DNA of 64,000 bases from Octopus vulgaris (GCA_951406725.2 OX597832.1:11470001-11534000), one strand, 5' to 3'. Positions 38,404 to 53,842 are shown, counted from the stretch's first letter. A program made the numbers and translations. The notes: generated by a model not told the origin, from the sequence alone.

Positions 38404-38434
<31 letters not shown>

Positions 38435-38449
38435 GTATATATATATATG

Positions 38450-38487
<38 letters not shown>

Positions 38488-38705
38488 TATGTATATATAT
38501 GTATGTATATATATGTATATATATGTATGTATATATATGTATATATATGTATGTATATATATGTATATATATGTATGTATATATATGTATATATATGTAT
38601 GTATATATATATGTATATATATATGTATGTATATATATGTATATATATATGTATATATATGAATGTATATATATGAATGTATATATATGTATGTATATAT
38701 ATATG

Positions 38706-38736
<31 letters not shown>

Positions 38737-39199
38737 GTATATATATATGTATATATATGAATATATATATGTATATATATGAATATATATATGAATATAT
38801 ATATGTATATATATGAATATATATATGTATATATATGAATATATATATGTATATATATGAATATATATATGTATATATATGAATGTATATATATGTATGT
38901 ATATGAATATATATATGTATATATATGAATATATATATGTATATATATATATGTATATATGTATATATATGAATATATATATGTATATATATATATGAAT
39001 ATATATATGTATATGAATATATATATGTATATATATATATGTATGTATATATATGTATATATGTATATATGTATGTATGTATATATATACATGTATATAT
39101 GTATGTATGTATATATATACATGTATATATATGTATGTATATATATGAATATATATATGTATATATGTATATATATATGTATATATGTATATATATATG

Positions 39200-39260
<61 letters not shown>

Positions 39261-39312
39261 GTATATATATATATGTATGCAAAGGTATATGTATATATAT
39301 ATATATATATAT
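38300..39312. repeat. About 1-kb compound (TA)n/TATG/TGAA microsatellite
   Basis: Directly visible; produces the spurious 373- and 364-aa ORFs. Confidence 0.95.
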
Positions 39313-40193
39313 GAAATCATATGTGCACACGTATAGACAGAGGTTGAGTGGGAAATCAACGTATATAAGCATAAACAGTTACGTACGTACGACAATGCTT
39401 CGTTTGTGTATGTATCTATATGTGTGCCTTGTTAGTGTTTCTATGTGTGAATGTGTTTGAGAGCTTGAGTGGAAACGAGAGGAGAGAAAGCAATACAAAA
39501 CAATATTTTCATATTTATCGTCTTATTTCTTTTCTTTTTTGCGAATAATATTTAGCTTTTATTGTGCGAGATTGCAAAAAAAACTATAGCTAAATTGAAT
39601 CTACGGCTACATTTTACACTCAGTATATTCTATAGCAAACTATCTTTCTTAGAGAATAAGTAATGCTGTTTATTAATAGACTCAGTTTAGACCGTTAATT
39701 ACATTATTTCTCTATCTTTCAAGAACATTCGTGCTGTCTTTCAAGAAGTTCCTTTATATAACAAATAGAAAAAAAATAACACAGCGTTTTTACTAATCTA
39801 CATTGAAATGTAAATACATAGATAAGCACAGAGATGCGTACACACGTACACACATGTATGTGTGTGTGTGTGTGAGTGTTTGAGTATGCGCGTATGTGTG
39901 CACATGTATACGTGTGTAAGTATGATCGTTGTGATTGTAAATGGAAGACGAACGGCATACGTTAAACCAAGTTCTGTTATATATCTTTAAGCTGTGATTG
40001 TTACAGGAACTACTCAGATCCATATATTTTCATGAAACGTTTCCTATCAAAGTGGATAAGTGATGTGTCAAGAATCTATGCGATACTCTGTTAATCCTGT
40101 AGCAATTTCAGCCATTTAAGTCAAACACACAAACAGACATATACAAACATACATATGTGCAATATACACACACGCATGCATACACACGCATAC

Positions 40194-40237
<44 letters not shown>

Positions 40238-40247
40238 CCAGACATAT

Positions 40248-40289
<42 letters not shown>

Positions 40290-40309
40290 CCAGACATATA
40301 TACATACAT

Positions 40310-40655
<346 letters not shown>

Positions 40656-40789
40656 TCATGGAGGGTGAGATGTGTGAGTTTGAGTGAATAATCACATACA
40701 AACACAAATATACATGCTGGTGTATCCCAGCTTCTATGGTTATATGAATATAGTTCGGTTTATATATGAATGTATATATATATATATAA

Positions 40790-41782
40790 GGTTTACCAAA
40801 GCTATTTTTTAAGTTATTGAAGGAAAATTTCCCAAAACACCATAAATACTATTCAATATGTAACAAGTCAACAATCAAGTTGGCCTACTCAGTCACTCCC
40901 AATGTCGGATCTATTATTGCTTCGTTGAACAGAAGTAAAATAAGGCACTATAATGATAGAAATAATGACAGAAGCTTTAATGGAAAATTCATTAACAACA
41001 TAGAAGATAGTAGTAATAATTATAGTACGTCTTCTGAAATCAATTATTAAGCGCGTGTTGGAGTGACAAATAATGCAAATAGTAGTTGAGATACTCATAA
41101 TAATGATGTTGGTGATGATATTAGTGATTATAATGATTATCAGGGTGGTTATAATAGTGTTAATAGTAGTGATAATGGTAATAAAAATATTAGTAAAAAT
41201 AAAAATAATAATGATGGTAATAGTAAGAATAATAATAGAATAAATATACCGGAAAATAGTACGAACGATGGTGTAAATAATATGGTGGATCATAGTACTG
41301 GGAGGGGGCATGGTTTCGGAGTGACCAGAAATACGAGACCCCGTAACAGGTTGAAGAAATGTAATTGTAGAGACCCATCAGAATGTCCGATTAGTAGAAA
41401 TTGTCGCCAGGAAAATGTAGTTTATAAATGTAGTGTTGAGGCTCAAGGAGGCCAGAGAAAAATATATTTTGGAAGCATAGTAGACTTTAAGCAGAGGTAT
41501 CTATCCCACCTGAGCACTTTCAACAATCCTAAATATAGGACCTCCACAACATTGGTATTACATGTTAATGACCTTAAGGAAAGGAATGTTGAATTTAAAA
41601 TAGCATGGGCTTATAGAATTGGGTCCACTAGATGCGGTTTGTGCTTAAGGAAAGCATATACTATATTGAAAAATTACAACGCTATTTTAAATAAATTCAC
41701 TGATGCAATACCAGCGTGTACGCATAAGAGCCACTCGACGTTCCATAAGAAATTTAGAAATAGAAATAGCAATAAAAGTTAG
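40790..41782 (+). pseudogene. Penelope-like (Hydra-type) ORF C-terminus: RT thumb, Asn-rich linker, GIY-YIG endonuclease
   Basis: One frame with two stops (41048, 41087): LFFKLLKENFPKHHKYYSICNKSTIKLAYS..NVGSII, then CNCRDPSECP (CxCx5C), VVY...YFG, FKQRY..H, CGLCL, ILNK, CTH. The expected catalytic E reads K. Confidence 0.88.
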
Positions 41783-42167
41783 AGCTAAGCAATTACATTT
41801 GAATTAAATTTAGTAAATATAGTAAGTAGTAAATGATATAAAGCTAAAGTATCGTAATGTAATTATTAAAAGAAAAAATAGCTATTAGTATGAAATGTGT
41901 CAAGGACTTGAACTCGAATATGTGGCTTTGCATGTATGTGAGAATTTATAAGATTGAAATTGAAAGAAAATACGTACAGAAGTGGAATTGTCCAGATGGC
42001 GCTGTGTGCATGCCATTTACTATGGCTGCTGGATCGAATTATATGCGTATAAAGTAGCATTCAGGATCGATGAGAATTTCTGGGAGTACGTATTGTCTTG
42101 TTTCTGAATATAGCCGGTATGTAATTGTGCATTTGTTCCCGTATACTATGTGTTGTGCGTATAGGAC

Positions 42168-42247
42168 ATCCTGACGAGGGGAGTGCCAATTTTAAATATA
42201 TGATATGTCTCATATTAATTGGCACGTCTCCAAAACGGCCCGTAGAT
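42168..42247 (+). ncRNA. Hammerhead-like motif in the PLE 3' repeat
   Basis: AUC CUGACGA GG GGAGUGCCAAUU...AAUUGGCACgUCUCC (a)AAAC GGCC CGUA GAU; long stem II, G12 mutated to A. Confidence 0.6.
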
Positions 42248-43039
42248 AGACTTCTATGTATATTTGTAAACTTGTATAATTAATATCTTCTATGTACATT
42301 TCTCTAGAATTTTAATTCGTCTTTTAATATGTCATTGTATGCCTTATTTTTTTATTTATTATTATTTTTATTTCTTTTATTGTAACAAATTTATACTAAA
42401 TGTTTTAAGCGTAAATTCAAGGTGCTATATGCAAAATTTATATTTTTATATGATATATTTATTTAATTATACATTTTAAAATTTTTAAACGTTCGGCTTT
42501 ATATATATAAATGAATATATGAATATTTGTATGTGTTTGATCCTTCTGGGGATTTTGTAATGTTCTTTTAGTTGTTGCTCGCATTGGATAAAAAAAAAAC
42601 GTATATGAATGTATACATACTTGCATCTGTATATGTTCATTCGTAAGAGTGTGGGTATACGAGCGTGTGTGCATGTCAGAGAGAGAAAGCGAGCGACAGA
42701 GTTCAGAAAGCGAGCGTGATAGAGAGAGAGTTTAATGTATCTCTCAGTTTGTAATCGTTTGGGTATGTGCGAATATTTTTATGTAATCATGCAAAGTCTT
42801 TTTGCTTAGAAATAGCATTAATCTGATTTGTCATTTCTTAGGCATTTAAGGGCATTGTTTAGTAATAAATGAAATAACAGAGATCCTTGGCAAATTTAAG
42901 TCTATTTTAAAGAAACAAAATAGAGAAATTGCATCTAACAGTGACTTTATGATTTTGAGATACTTTGGACAATCACCGCATTTATATCATTATCACCGTG
43001 AATTCAGATATCTCTTATCGTTCACTTGTTTTAATCTTC

Positions 43040-43915
43040 AGACTGCGCCAATACTAGTTCACCTCTAGGAAAAGTTTTTAGTTGAATGTATCGATGCTAG
43101 TGATTATTTTTTGCTAAGCCAGGCGCTTATCCTTTCAGTCTCTTTCGCCAAGCCTCTAAGTAACACCAACACTGGTTGTCAAGCGCTGGGAGTGACAAAG
43201 GGAAAACTCAAATACAAAGACGCACGCACACATAAGGCGGCGAGCGGCAGAATCGTTGGCACGCCGGGCGAAATGCTTAGCAGTATTTCGTCTGCCGCTA
43301 CGATCTGAGTTCAAATTCCGCCGAGGTCGACTTCGCCTTTCATCGTTTCGGGGTCGATTAAATAAGGAACAGTTACGCACTGGGGTCGATATAATCGACT
43401 TAATCCGTTTGTCTGTCCTTGTTCGTCCCCTCTATGTTTAGCCAAATGTGTGTAGTAAAGAAATAGGTATTTCGTCCGTATTTACGTACTGAGTTCATAT
43501 TCCGCTGAGGTCGTCTTTGCCTTTCATTCATTCGCGGTCGATAAATTAAGTACCAGTGAAACACTGGAGTTTATCTAATAGACTTTTCCCTTCTATAAAA
43601 TCTCAAGCCTTGTGTCTATATTAAAAAAAAAAAAATAAATGCACCCTTTTAAAGCCTAACCAGGCTGATGGGCCCGGTTTCCCGGTTTCTATGGCGTATG
43701 TGTTCCCCAGCTGGACGGGACGCCAGTCCATCGCAGTGTTACTAATTTTTGCCAGTTGAGTGGACTGAAGCAACGTGAAATGAAGTTTTTTGCTCAAGAA
43801 CACAACGCGTCGCCCGGTCCAAGAATCGAAACCACAATCTTACGATTATGGTGCTGACACCCTAACCACTAAGCCACGCACCTCCATTTGAGTCTATAAG
43901 TAGAAAAGATTATTA
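43040..43915. mobile_element. SINE pile-up: group C remnant (minus), group A dimer (plus, 43234-43620), group B insert (minus, 43640-43886)
   Basis: Diagnostic heads and tails as above; the group A tail resumes after the insert with TSD-like tgtgtctata / tgagtctata. Confidence 0.85.
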
Positions 43916-44522
43916 GTTTACTCTAAATGATCCGATTGCATCATGTGTGGCCAGACATCTGAGATTCTGTGAATTTTGAGAAATTGATGCCGATAAATTA
44001 CTCAGTAATCGATAACTGTAGCAAATACAAGGCCCTAGGAGACACATGTGCATGGAGTTTATTCCAATGATCCCATACTATAAGAAAGAAGAACCGATGC
44101 AATGTTTACTGAACGACCTAATGTGAGGGAAGACACAATATAGGTGACATCTGAAAAACATTTTACTATGAATGGGGTTATATACGAAATTATTATTGAT
44201 TTAGGCAACGATAGTAAAACATGAATCCGTACGGCTGCTACTGTGAAAAGGATAAAGCGGTGAATTCAGTACGATCTGGAGAGAATTGGACAATTATAGT
44301 TCGCAGCATTTAGTTAGGTTTTATTATGTATGTATTGTAATATCACCTCTAAGAATCCGGTTTTGGTATCAATAAAATAAATATCAAAGAAATACTATGG
44401 TATATATTGCACAAAATATCTGGTGACCTTGCACCGCAGATATGGATCTTTCTATACGGAATATCTGAAGCAAAACATATTTGTTATTGAATATACTGAT
44501 CGAAGTACACAAAGATTGAGGT

Positions 44523-44605
<83 letters not shown>

Positions 44606-45711
44606 ATATGTGTGTATGTATATATGTGTGCGTGTATGTATATGTGTGTGTGTGTATATGTGTGCGTGTGTGTATATATGTGTGTGTGTGTATATATATG
44701 TGTGTGTATGTATGTACGTGTGTGTATGTATATATATATACATATATTCATAAGAGTGTTATCTCCTTATCGATGTTTGTACGCGTGCACTTTTCACATA
44801 GCACAAATATCGTACACATACATACGCACACGCACACAAACATATATATATATATGTATTTCTTTACGTGCGAGTGTTTATGTCTGTAACCGGAGAGAAT
44901 GTGAGTGCTTGTGTGTGAATTTGTGTGTTTCTAAGGGAAAAAGGTTGAAATTGTTACACTCACAGATAAGCTTACATTTTACTGAAACAAGAAAAGGCCA
45001 TTCTATAACAAAACAACGTCACTGCCAGCAACAAGAACAAGAACAACAACAAAAACAACACCACCAATACTACCCCACCACCAACAACAATAATAATAAT
45101 AATAAAAATTCGACAATTTAATGATGAGAGATAAATCTGCAATAAAAAAAGCGTGCCACATGAATAAATAAATTTTGAATTTTATAAAGTAATACCGAAA
45201 TAAAGATTCAACCAAAATGTAAGCCCTTTAGTTTACTTGGTTGCATTTTAGGAGGATTCGTTTCTTTTGAATAAAGAGGAAAATTATCTCAATACTATGT
45301 ATATAAAAAAAAAACAAGAGAAAGAGAGAGAAAGATCTTTTGAAATGGAACATGTCATTAACTAGAATATCATTTTAGGTTTGCCATTTAAAGAAAAGAA
45401 GAGAGAAAATTGTAGAAATTTCTGCGTAGGTAACGATAAGAACTTTTGCGATTTGAAAAGCTACACATCACAGGATATTGCATATTATTGAGTAGAAGAA
45501 TACTTATCATATATGAATATGATTATGTGTTCGTATATTGCAAGAAAAGAAACGGTGCTACCAAAGTCTTATAGATGAAGGCCGAAAATCCGTCATGATT
45601 TATCGTCGGTATATCTACACATATATACTAAATGAGTAATCATATCAAAGATCTTTTGATATGAAAGGATACCTACACGGATACGCAAACTCACGTACGT
45701 ACGCTTATATA

Positions 45712-45773
<62 letters not shown>

Positions 45774-45879
45774 GGGTGGTATATCGCCTTCTTCTGTAAG
45801 GAAAATATACTAATTTCCAAAATTGATTAAAGTTGCTGAGATGCTACTCTCTCTTTTTTCTCTTTCTCTCTCTTTTTAT

Positions 45880-46118
45880 TTTACTCTTTTTACCTGTTTC
45901 AGTCATTTGACTGTGGCCTTGCTGGAGCACCGCCTTTAGTAGACCAAACCGACCTCGGGACTTATTCTTTGTAAGCCTAGTACTTATTCTGTCGGTCTCT
46001 TTTGACAAACCGCTAAGTTACGGGGACGTAAACAGAATAGCATCGGTTGTCAAGAGATGTTTAGGGGGGACAAACACAGACACAGAAACATACACACATA
46101 TACATACATATATACACG

Positions 46119-46154
<36 letters not shown>

Positions 46155-46312
46155 CGACGGGCTTCTTTCAGTTTCCATCCGCCAAATCCACTCACAAGGC
46201 TTTGGTCGGCCCGATGCTATAGTAGAAGACACTTGCCCAAGGTTCCACGCAGTGGGACTGAACCCGGAACCATGTGGTTGGTAAGCAAGCTACTTACCAC
46301 ACAGCCACTCCT
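45880..46312 (-). mobile_element. Group C SINE, near full length
   Basis: Reverse complement is colinear with 19805-20195. Confidence 0.9.
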
Positions 46313-47162
46313 AGAATCTCGGAAGAAATATATTTCAGTGTGTTCTAGATGCCTATATACACAAATGTATACAAAAACATGTAGAATTATACATGAACAC
46401 ATAAATGCCAATGAAATAACCATTCAAACGTGCATATATAGAGACACAAATATATATATATATAACGCAGTGGGAAAATTTACATATTTATTTATTTATT
46501 TTGTCTTTGGTTACTAGGTGTTATTTCCTCTTTGTCTCTGTCTAGAAATTAAAAAAAATGAATTTCCCTTCAAACTTTGCTCTTATGGCGTGGACATGAA
46601 TGTTTTGAAACTAAGCTATATTCCGTTACATTACACACAGATGCAGCGCTGAGTTGCAGAAGCGGAATGATCGGTATAGCAATTTTTTTACTCAGTTGTA
46701 CAGATTTGCTTTATCTTCACCACTCGATGATCATCCTTAAGTGTATGACAATAACGTACATCTCTGATACTGAGCAGGACTAGTTGAGGCGTATCAAAGC
46801 AATGTGCTGAGAAGGGTTATTTGGGGGTTTTAATACACATAACAATAGCAAATTTTGAAGGAAATTTTAGCCATTTTTTATACTTTCTAGGCGTAAGCAA
46901 ATGGATTATGACGTTTGTAGCCTAAGGACAAAATTCGTATTACACATCGTAATTGCTTAAGAATCTATGAGTCAGAAAACAGGCACACGTATATTAGCTA
47001 ACAAGTTGGGCATATTGATATTTGTACAACACAGTTATAAGTCTATTTCATCGGATTTTACCAACCAGTATTGCACAGAAGAATTAGGTGAAAACCCAAA
47101 TCCCAGCTCTTATGATATGGGTTGGCATGAAGTGTGTAGTAACGACACTATTCCATACATGC

Positions 47163-47229
<67 letters not shown>

Positions 47230-47234
47230 CATAT

Positions 47235-47520
47235 GTGGTTACAGGACATCACAAAACGCAAACAACATGAAACATGAAATAAACATGAAATACGAAGGCA
47301 CACTTGAGTATGCGAACAATGAGAGTCACACGGAAAGCAATACAATTACGGTAAAGGACAACCCTTCATCAGTTTTCGGCTGTTCAACTATTCCATATTT
47401 CAAGCAATTAACGACAATATGAGACTTCGAAAAACAATTGATCCCTCGAACCAAAATTAAATTTGGAATTTGCGGTGGGTGAAAGTTAGTGAGAAAAACA
47501 AGAGAGTAGAGGCCGCACAG
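47235..47520 (-). mobile_element. Possible PLE terminal-repeat remnant next to (TA)n
   Basis: Minus strand has cugauga aggg followed by a T-rich tail ending at the microsatellite; the second hammerhead box (GAAA) is not retained. Confidence 0.3.
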
Positions 47521-47659
47521 ACATTATTATATGTCGCCTCTATCTTTTCTCTTGTCAAAGAATATTCCTCCAGCGTTCGCTACCTTACCTCGACTGGCCT
47601 AACGGTCCTCCATGTTTGTTACCATATTTGGTTTGTTGTATGATTCCACTGACCTATTT

Positions 47660-47820
47660 TTGTTACCAATTACATCGAGCATAGTGCTCGACTGGTACTC
47701 ATTTAATCGATCCCTGAAAGATGAAAAGTAAAGTCGACCTCTGCGGAATTTGAACTCTGAACGTAAGGACGGACTAAATACCGTTAGGTATTTTTCCGGG
47801 TGTGCTAACGATTCTGCCCA
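47660..47820 (-). mobile_element. Decayed group A SINE
   Basis: ggtactcatttaatcgatccctgaaagatgaaaagtaaagtcgacctc..ggaatttgaactc. Confidence 0.8.
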
Positions 47821-48980
47821 ACATTATATAATTTGGAGAGACCATATTTCCTTTCAATTTAAGTGTAACTTTTGTTTTATCTTCTCTATATTAGTATTCC
47901 CCAATTTATACTTCAAAATTCCTCTCAACTTTTTCTAATTACATAAACTCATATTAATCTAAATAGTGGATAATGCATTTAAATTATAATTATATAAAGT
48001 CTCGAGATCTCATTTAATCCGTACATTCCGTTAATGGAAAGTACTCGAACGTAATGAATATAATCTTCGGTGCCACTTCGGTGTAATTTTATATAACATT
48101 GAATTTATTTAATGCGATATTGGAAATTTTACTTGTTGAATCCGTTCCCAATTTCTATGGCTTTCTTTTGAGTCGATAATATCATTAACGCTTTCTCCTA
48201 ATTTGCCTGAAATAGATAAAGAATAAGGATTCTTAGTAATTAGTTCATTAAAGTCACTGTTCGAGGGTTTCTTAACACCTCCTTTTATATTCTTTATTGT
48301 TTCTGAATTATTTCAAAATTTATATCGTATTATCTTCAGAAACTTAATTAGTAATTTATTGCAAATAATAAGGATTTATAACATTAGTACAACACAAACA
48401 TATATTTGGATAAGAGAAATAATCTTGTACGCATATATTTCTTTTTTACAGGAAATGGTAGAAATACATATTTTTTTTAGTGGAAATGGGTACAAGCGCA
48501 CGAAACAATACTCGTGCACTGCAATATAAACGCGAGAGAAGCATATGTTCTTTGGAATTAGTTGATAAATAAATATTGAAGAAATCTCCGTTCGAAGAGA
48601 TCATTTTTTTCATTGCATTTTTTAGGTTTCCATTCCTCGGCTATTTATGACGGCGATACACTCATATATATTAGTTACTATATGTAATTATACATGTTTG
48701 TGTGTGTTCATGTACACATATATTTTCACACAGACATAAACCCAAATACCAAAATTACACATCACGCAAACAGATATATATGTATATATATGCATACATT
48801 TTTTATATAAATGTGTTAATACATATGTATAAACGTATAGGGTTACTATATGTTTGTATGTGTGTATGTCTATATACATATCTACATCTATATATTTGTC
48901 TTTTTACATACAGTTATATGTGTATATGTTTGCGTATACACGCTCACACATATGTATATACATAAACAGATTATAGGTCC

Positions 48981-49037
<57 letters not shown>

Positions 49038-50439
49038 ATGTATGTATGTGTGTGTGTGTATATGCACATAAATACCTGGATACATACATATTTGCACAAT
49101 TCACAAATGTAGGAGGGTAACCCACTTAGTGTCCATCTACTAGTTTACACTTAGAATGTAATAAAGCATTGACAATGTGTCAATGCTAAAATATTTGCTG
49201 GGATAAGATATAGAAATATGTTTATGAAGGACCTTCCACGACAAAATGCTACTCTTATAAATATAAAATTTTGAATCTGCTCCGTTGCCATTGGAAAACA
49301 TTGACAACAAAAGATCTAAGAGAATATCCCAAAGGATTTTTATCTTTGGTCTATTAACACTCACTTCTCGCAATTGTCATAGTGAAAGTTCCTCACGAAA
49401 TATATGACAATGCTCAGTGGTTTCAAGCTATAAAACATATTCAAGCTATTTTTGGCTATAAGATTACTCTTCTGAATGTAATTTCATATTCAGCTGTTGG
49501 TTTATTTTTTTTTTGCACTTGTTATCAGATATATTTTTTCTATTTTGCTTATATGACCCCTGATATATTTCTAATTGAGTCAGGGAAATATGTTTGGTTT
49601 TAACGATTTCAGAGCTAGAAATGTCTTGAAGTAAATTTTGTTCTATATTTAACAATAGATTCCCTGCATTCGGTGATATGTTTTTGTGTATTTATAATAT
49701 TTATTTCGATATCATCCGGAGAATAAATTCAAATAAGCATAATTTCCATAAAAATGAACTAAAATTGTAAACAGGAAAGTATTAGATCGTTACTTGTTGT
49801 GATGTAATACATACATCATAACTGAAATTCAAATGATAAGGACAGAAAATGCTTCATTTCTAATCACAAAATATTGTCATAAATAAGCGAGTTGTCACCA
49901 TATACACGCACGCTCTCAATGACTGTTGACCGACATCTAGGTGAATGTCTGCAAAAAAATATATCTTGTCTGATTGCTAGCATTGTAGTAAATTGATATA
50001 ATATTAGTCAAGCGTGAGACGGTTGTGCTAAAAATCTGATGGAATATTTATTGGATTACTAGATCGCTATAGAAACATCCCATACATAAAAAAAAAATTT
50101 TAGATCGATTGGAAGAGATTCATTAATAACAAAAAAAAAAAATGTCACTAAAGTTTGACACATCTACCGCTATTGATATATTGTATTAATCATTGAATGG
50201 AGACCAGCACCATTGATGCTATTCAGAGTCATTGTAAGTGGTGAAAGGAGGAACGGAAACTATCCTCGCACCAGAAACCTCGTTCAAATGATTACTGCAT
50301 CCATAAATACTGCTCACAGTTCAACAATATAAAGGCTGACGTCTACGGCTCAAGAGAATATGAACAGTTCTCCGAATGAATTTCTGCCAATCACATTACA
50401 CACAGACAATACTTGACACTATTTAACGCGACAAACGTT

Positions 50440-50905
50440 GGAGAAAAAGCTTAGCGGCATTTCTTCCGACTTTACGTTCTGAGATCAAATGCCCCCTGGG
50501 TCAACTCCAACTTACATCCTAATGGTGTCAATGAAATAAGTTGCAGTTGAGCTTTTGGGCTCGATTGTGGAGGTGTGCGCGACTTAGTAGTTAAGGTGTT
50601 AGGTTCATAATCACAAGAGTGTGGTTTCCATTCCTGGACTGAGTGACCCGTTTTGTTTTTGAGCAAAACACTTTATTTCACGTTGCTCCAGTCCACTCCA
50701 GGGCAAAAATGAGTAATCCTGCGACGGACCGGTGTCCCGTGCAGGTGGAGAATATATACGCCATATAAACCTGGAAACCGGTCCTTTTGTGTCAGTTTGA
50801 CTCGAGAAGGTAACTTCACCTCTTTATCTGTACTGGGGTCGATGTAATCGACTTATCCCACTTCCAGAAATTCCTGGCCTCAAGCCAGAATTTGAAACCA
50901 ATATT
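50440..50905 (+). mobile_element. Group A SINE interrupted by a group B SINE (50569-50820)
   Basis: Group A centre stops at ttttgggctcgat and resumes at actggggtcgatgtaatcgactt after a complete group B head, centre and tail. Confidence 0.8.
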
Positions 50906-52179
50906 TAACGCTAGTTCATATTAAAGGAACTGGTGTTCGATCTCCATAGGGTCGACTCGTTTTGACGCCGAATGGGATCGAACTTTCAGCTACGCACTTG
51001 CGAAACAGACATCTTAACTATACAGCGCTATGCGTACACCCTTACACAGGTCTTGGTCTTTTCTTATATATCTTGTAAAAAAGAGTCCATACGAATTCGT
51101 CTTGTTCACCAATGGACCACGTCTAATTCTTTTTGTCATTGTAACAATTGCAATCTCACAGCAACACCATAATCTTTTGCAAGAACTGCGTTTCTCTGGT
51201 ATTTTCCTTTGCTAGCACATTATGCAACTCAAAATGCAGTGATTGAAAATGAAATAGTGTCGCAACATTGTTACAAGCTTCTGAGAAAATAGATTGGCGT
51301 GAGATTTAGCCACACTTTCATTTTAAATTTGCTACTGTTGAACATGAGCATACTGGGTTAAAATGTTCACCGAGTATATCAATGCTTTCTGCATCTATGC
51401 ATTGATAATAGCAATGAATTATATGAATTCACGATGCACAAAAGAAAAGAGAGGGCTTAATCTAACTGTTAATTTAAATGTTAGCGACACCAACAGAAAG
51501 ATCACCAGTTCCAACATCAGTATTAGACGCAACAGTAGTAGTAATAGCATTCTTCTTCTTCTTCTTCTTCTTCTTCTTCGTCTTCTTCTTCTTCTTCTTC
51601 TCATTCTTCGTCTTCTCTTTCTTCGTCTTCTCCTTCTCATTCTTCTTCTTCTTAGTAGTAGTAGTAGTAGTGGCAGCAGCAGCATTAACATTACTCGTTT
51701 TCTAATCTATTGGCGACATACTATGAGATTAAAGAACTAAAATAAACCTGATTCTATTAGAAGCATTTATTAGATTTCCTTTTTAATTATTGGTGGTGTT
51801 TACGCAGAAAACGGACATGGTTTAGGAGCACATTTCATCTTCGACACACCACTTAGAGATGTTTGGTTCAGGTAGTGCTTCACTTTCGATTCCGAAACCT
51901 ACTTCACCGCTCCTTGCATTGCTTGTATAATCATATCACACTGAAAGGGTGTATACCTTACCTTATTATTAATATCATCGCCAGTGGTTTTTCAAACATT
52001 TTTTTGTCTCTAGGCACCTTTCATTTTCCTTTTACTCGGCTGGACCCCCATAATCATTACGCGTTTTAAAAAATCTTCTTATTTTTATAATTAAATATTA
52101 TTAGGAATTAACAAATGGTTTTGTGTATTGTAGGGAAATGACCTATTTATAACACATGAATTTTGACAAAATCTTATAT

Positions 52180-52730
52180 TTCATCTGTCTTTACATTCTG
52201 AGTTCAAATTCCGCCGATGTTGGCTTTGCTTTTCATCTTTACGGGGTTGAAAAGTAGGTAACGGTTGAACAATGGGGGTCGATGTAATCGACGTGTCCCC
52301 TCCAAGGAACTGCTGGCCTTGTGCCAAAATTTGAAACCCTTATTATTATTATTTAATAGTTTTATTTTTTTAGGGTGCTTTCACTTCACTACCGAGCGCA
52401 GCTCTGTATGCCTTGGGTATGTGCTGTGGTTTTCTGTGATGCTCTTATGGTTACTGTATTGAAAGTGTTTTGCGTAGGATGTGTACAGTTATTTTTTTTT
52501 TTTTCATTATCAACATCATCATCATCACTAAGGTGGTGAGCTCGCAGAATCGTAAACACACTGGACATCATCAAGTTTATCAGCATTTCGTTCTCATTTA
52601 CGTTTATGGTTCATACCTCGCCGAGGTTGTGTTCGAAAAAAAAAAATAAGTAGCAGTTTCACATCGGGATCGATGCAATTGACTTAACCCCTCCCGCAAA
52701 GTTGCTGGCCTTGTGCCAAAATTTTCAGTC
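52180..52730 (+). mobile_element. Two decayed group A SINEs (52180-52352 and 52530-52730)
   Basis: ctgagttcaaattccgccg and ctggccttgtgccaaaattt motifs. Confidence 0.8.
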
Positions 52731-53385
52731 ACTACTACTTCTACTATTACTTCAATAGCAAAGGTCGGCTGAGTAATCTATTCCAAGTGAACATTAGACT
52801 TGGCATTAGGAACAATTTCCAGAAACACTCATGTCAAAGAAGACAGGAATACTTGCACCAATGTTTTGACAACTACTCTGTCAAGGCTTCGACGTATTCC
52901 TGATAATATTACTAATACTTAATAACAACAACGACTAGTAATTATGTTAACAGTATTTTCTGAAATGAGATTCATTAATAACTGCGTTTTGCATTTCACT
53001 AATTAGAAATGAGGAAAATTACTATTAACATACTGCCAGCTATTCACAAGACTATGAATCTATCCCGCCTCTTCTAACATAAAGAGGAATAGCAAAAAAA
53101 TTATTCTTTCATCAGAAACGATCAATAATTACTTTAAGAAGGCATATAATTGTCAGGAATAATGCAGCACCAGATTAAAAGACTTTGAAATTTTACAGCT
53201 TCGTCCTTCTGCTATCTGGGTTGTCTTTTATCGATTCTCTGTCGATAATGTAAGGATTCAACATATATTTCGGTAGAATTTAATCCATCGTACCAATCCT
53301 CTACACATGGTTTCTTTTCTTTCAAGAAGAAAAGATAAACATCATGTATATCTACAGCTACGCGTGTATGATACATACACTCACT

Positions 53386-53442
<57 letters not shown>

Positions 53443-53516
53443 TTTTCTTGCAGGAAGAAGAAATACGCAGCACGTATATCTACTGATATAAATATGTTTG
53501 TGTATATCTATCTATG

Positions 53517-53572
<56 letters not shown>

Positions 53573-53842
53573 AACAATATGTATGTGTGTGTGTGTGTGT
53601 AAATGCTTATACACACTGATGCAAGCATTTAAATATATGTATAAATAATATATATATGTATGTATACTTGTATACATAAGTATATATATATGATATATAT
53701 ATATATGGACATATATGCACCATATGTATATATATATATGATATATATATATATGGACATATATGCACCATATACATATATATATACATACATATATATA
53801 TAAATATATACATATATGTTTATATATATGTATGTATATATA

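Larger units (their letters stand above)
40790..42500 (+). mobile_element. 5'-truncated Penelope-like element flanked by TA runs
   Basis: The ORF remnant above, about 0.7 kb of 3' non-coding sequence containing a hammerhead, and short (TA)n at both junctions. Confidence 0.8.

Noticed and set aside
38123-39460. Long ORFs (up to 373 aa) rich in Y/I/H/T/M/C/V, and dozens of similar ORFs across the window
   Set aside because: Translations of (TA)n/(TG)n/(CA)n microsatellites, which lack stop codons.
45451-45466. 16-nt match (atttgaaaagctacac) to the 7460 hammerhead
   Set aside because: No downstream GAAA box or stem I partner; chance match or a tiny fragment.
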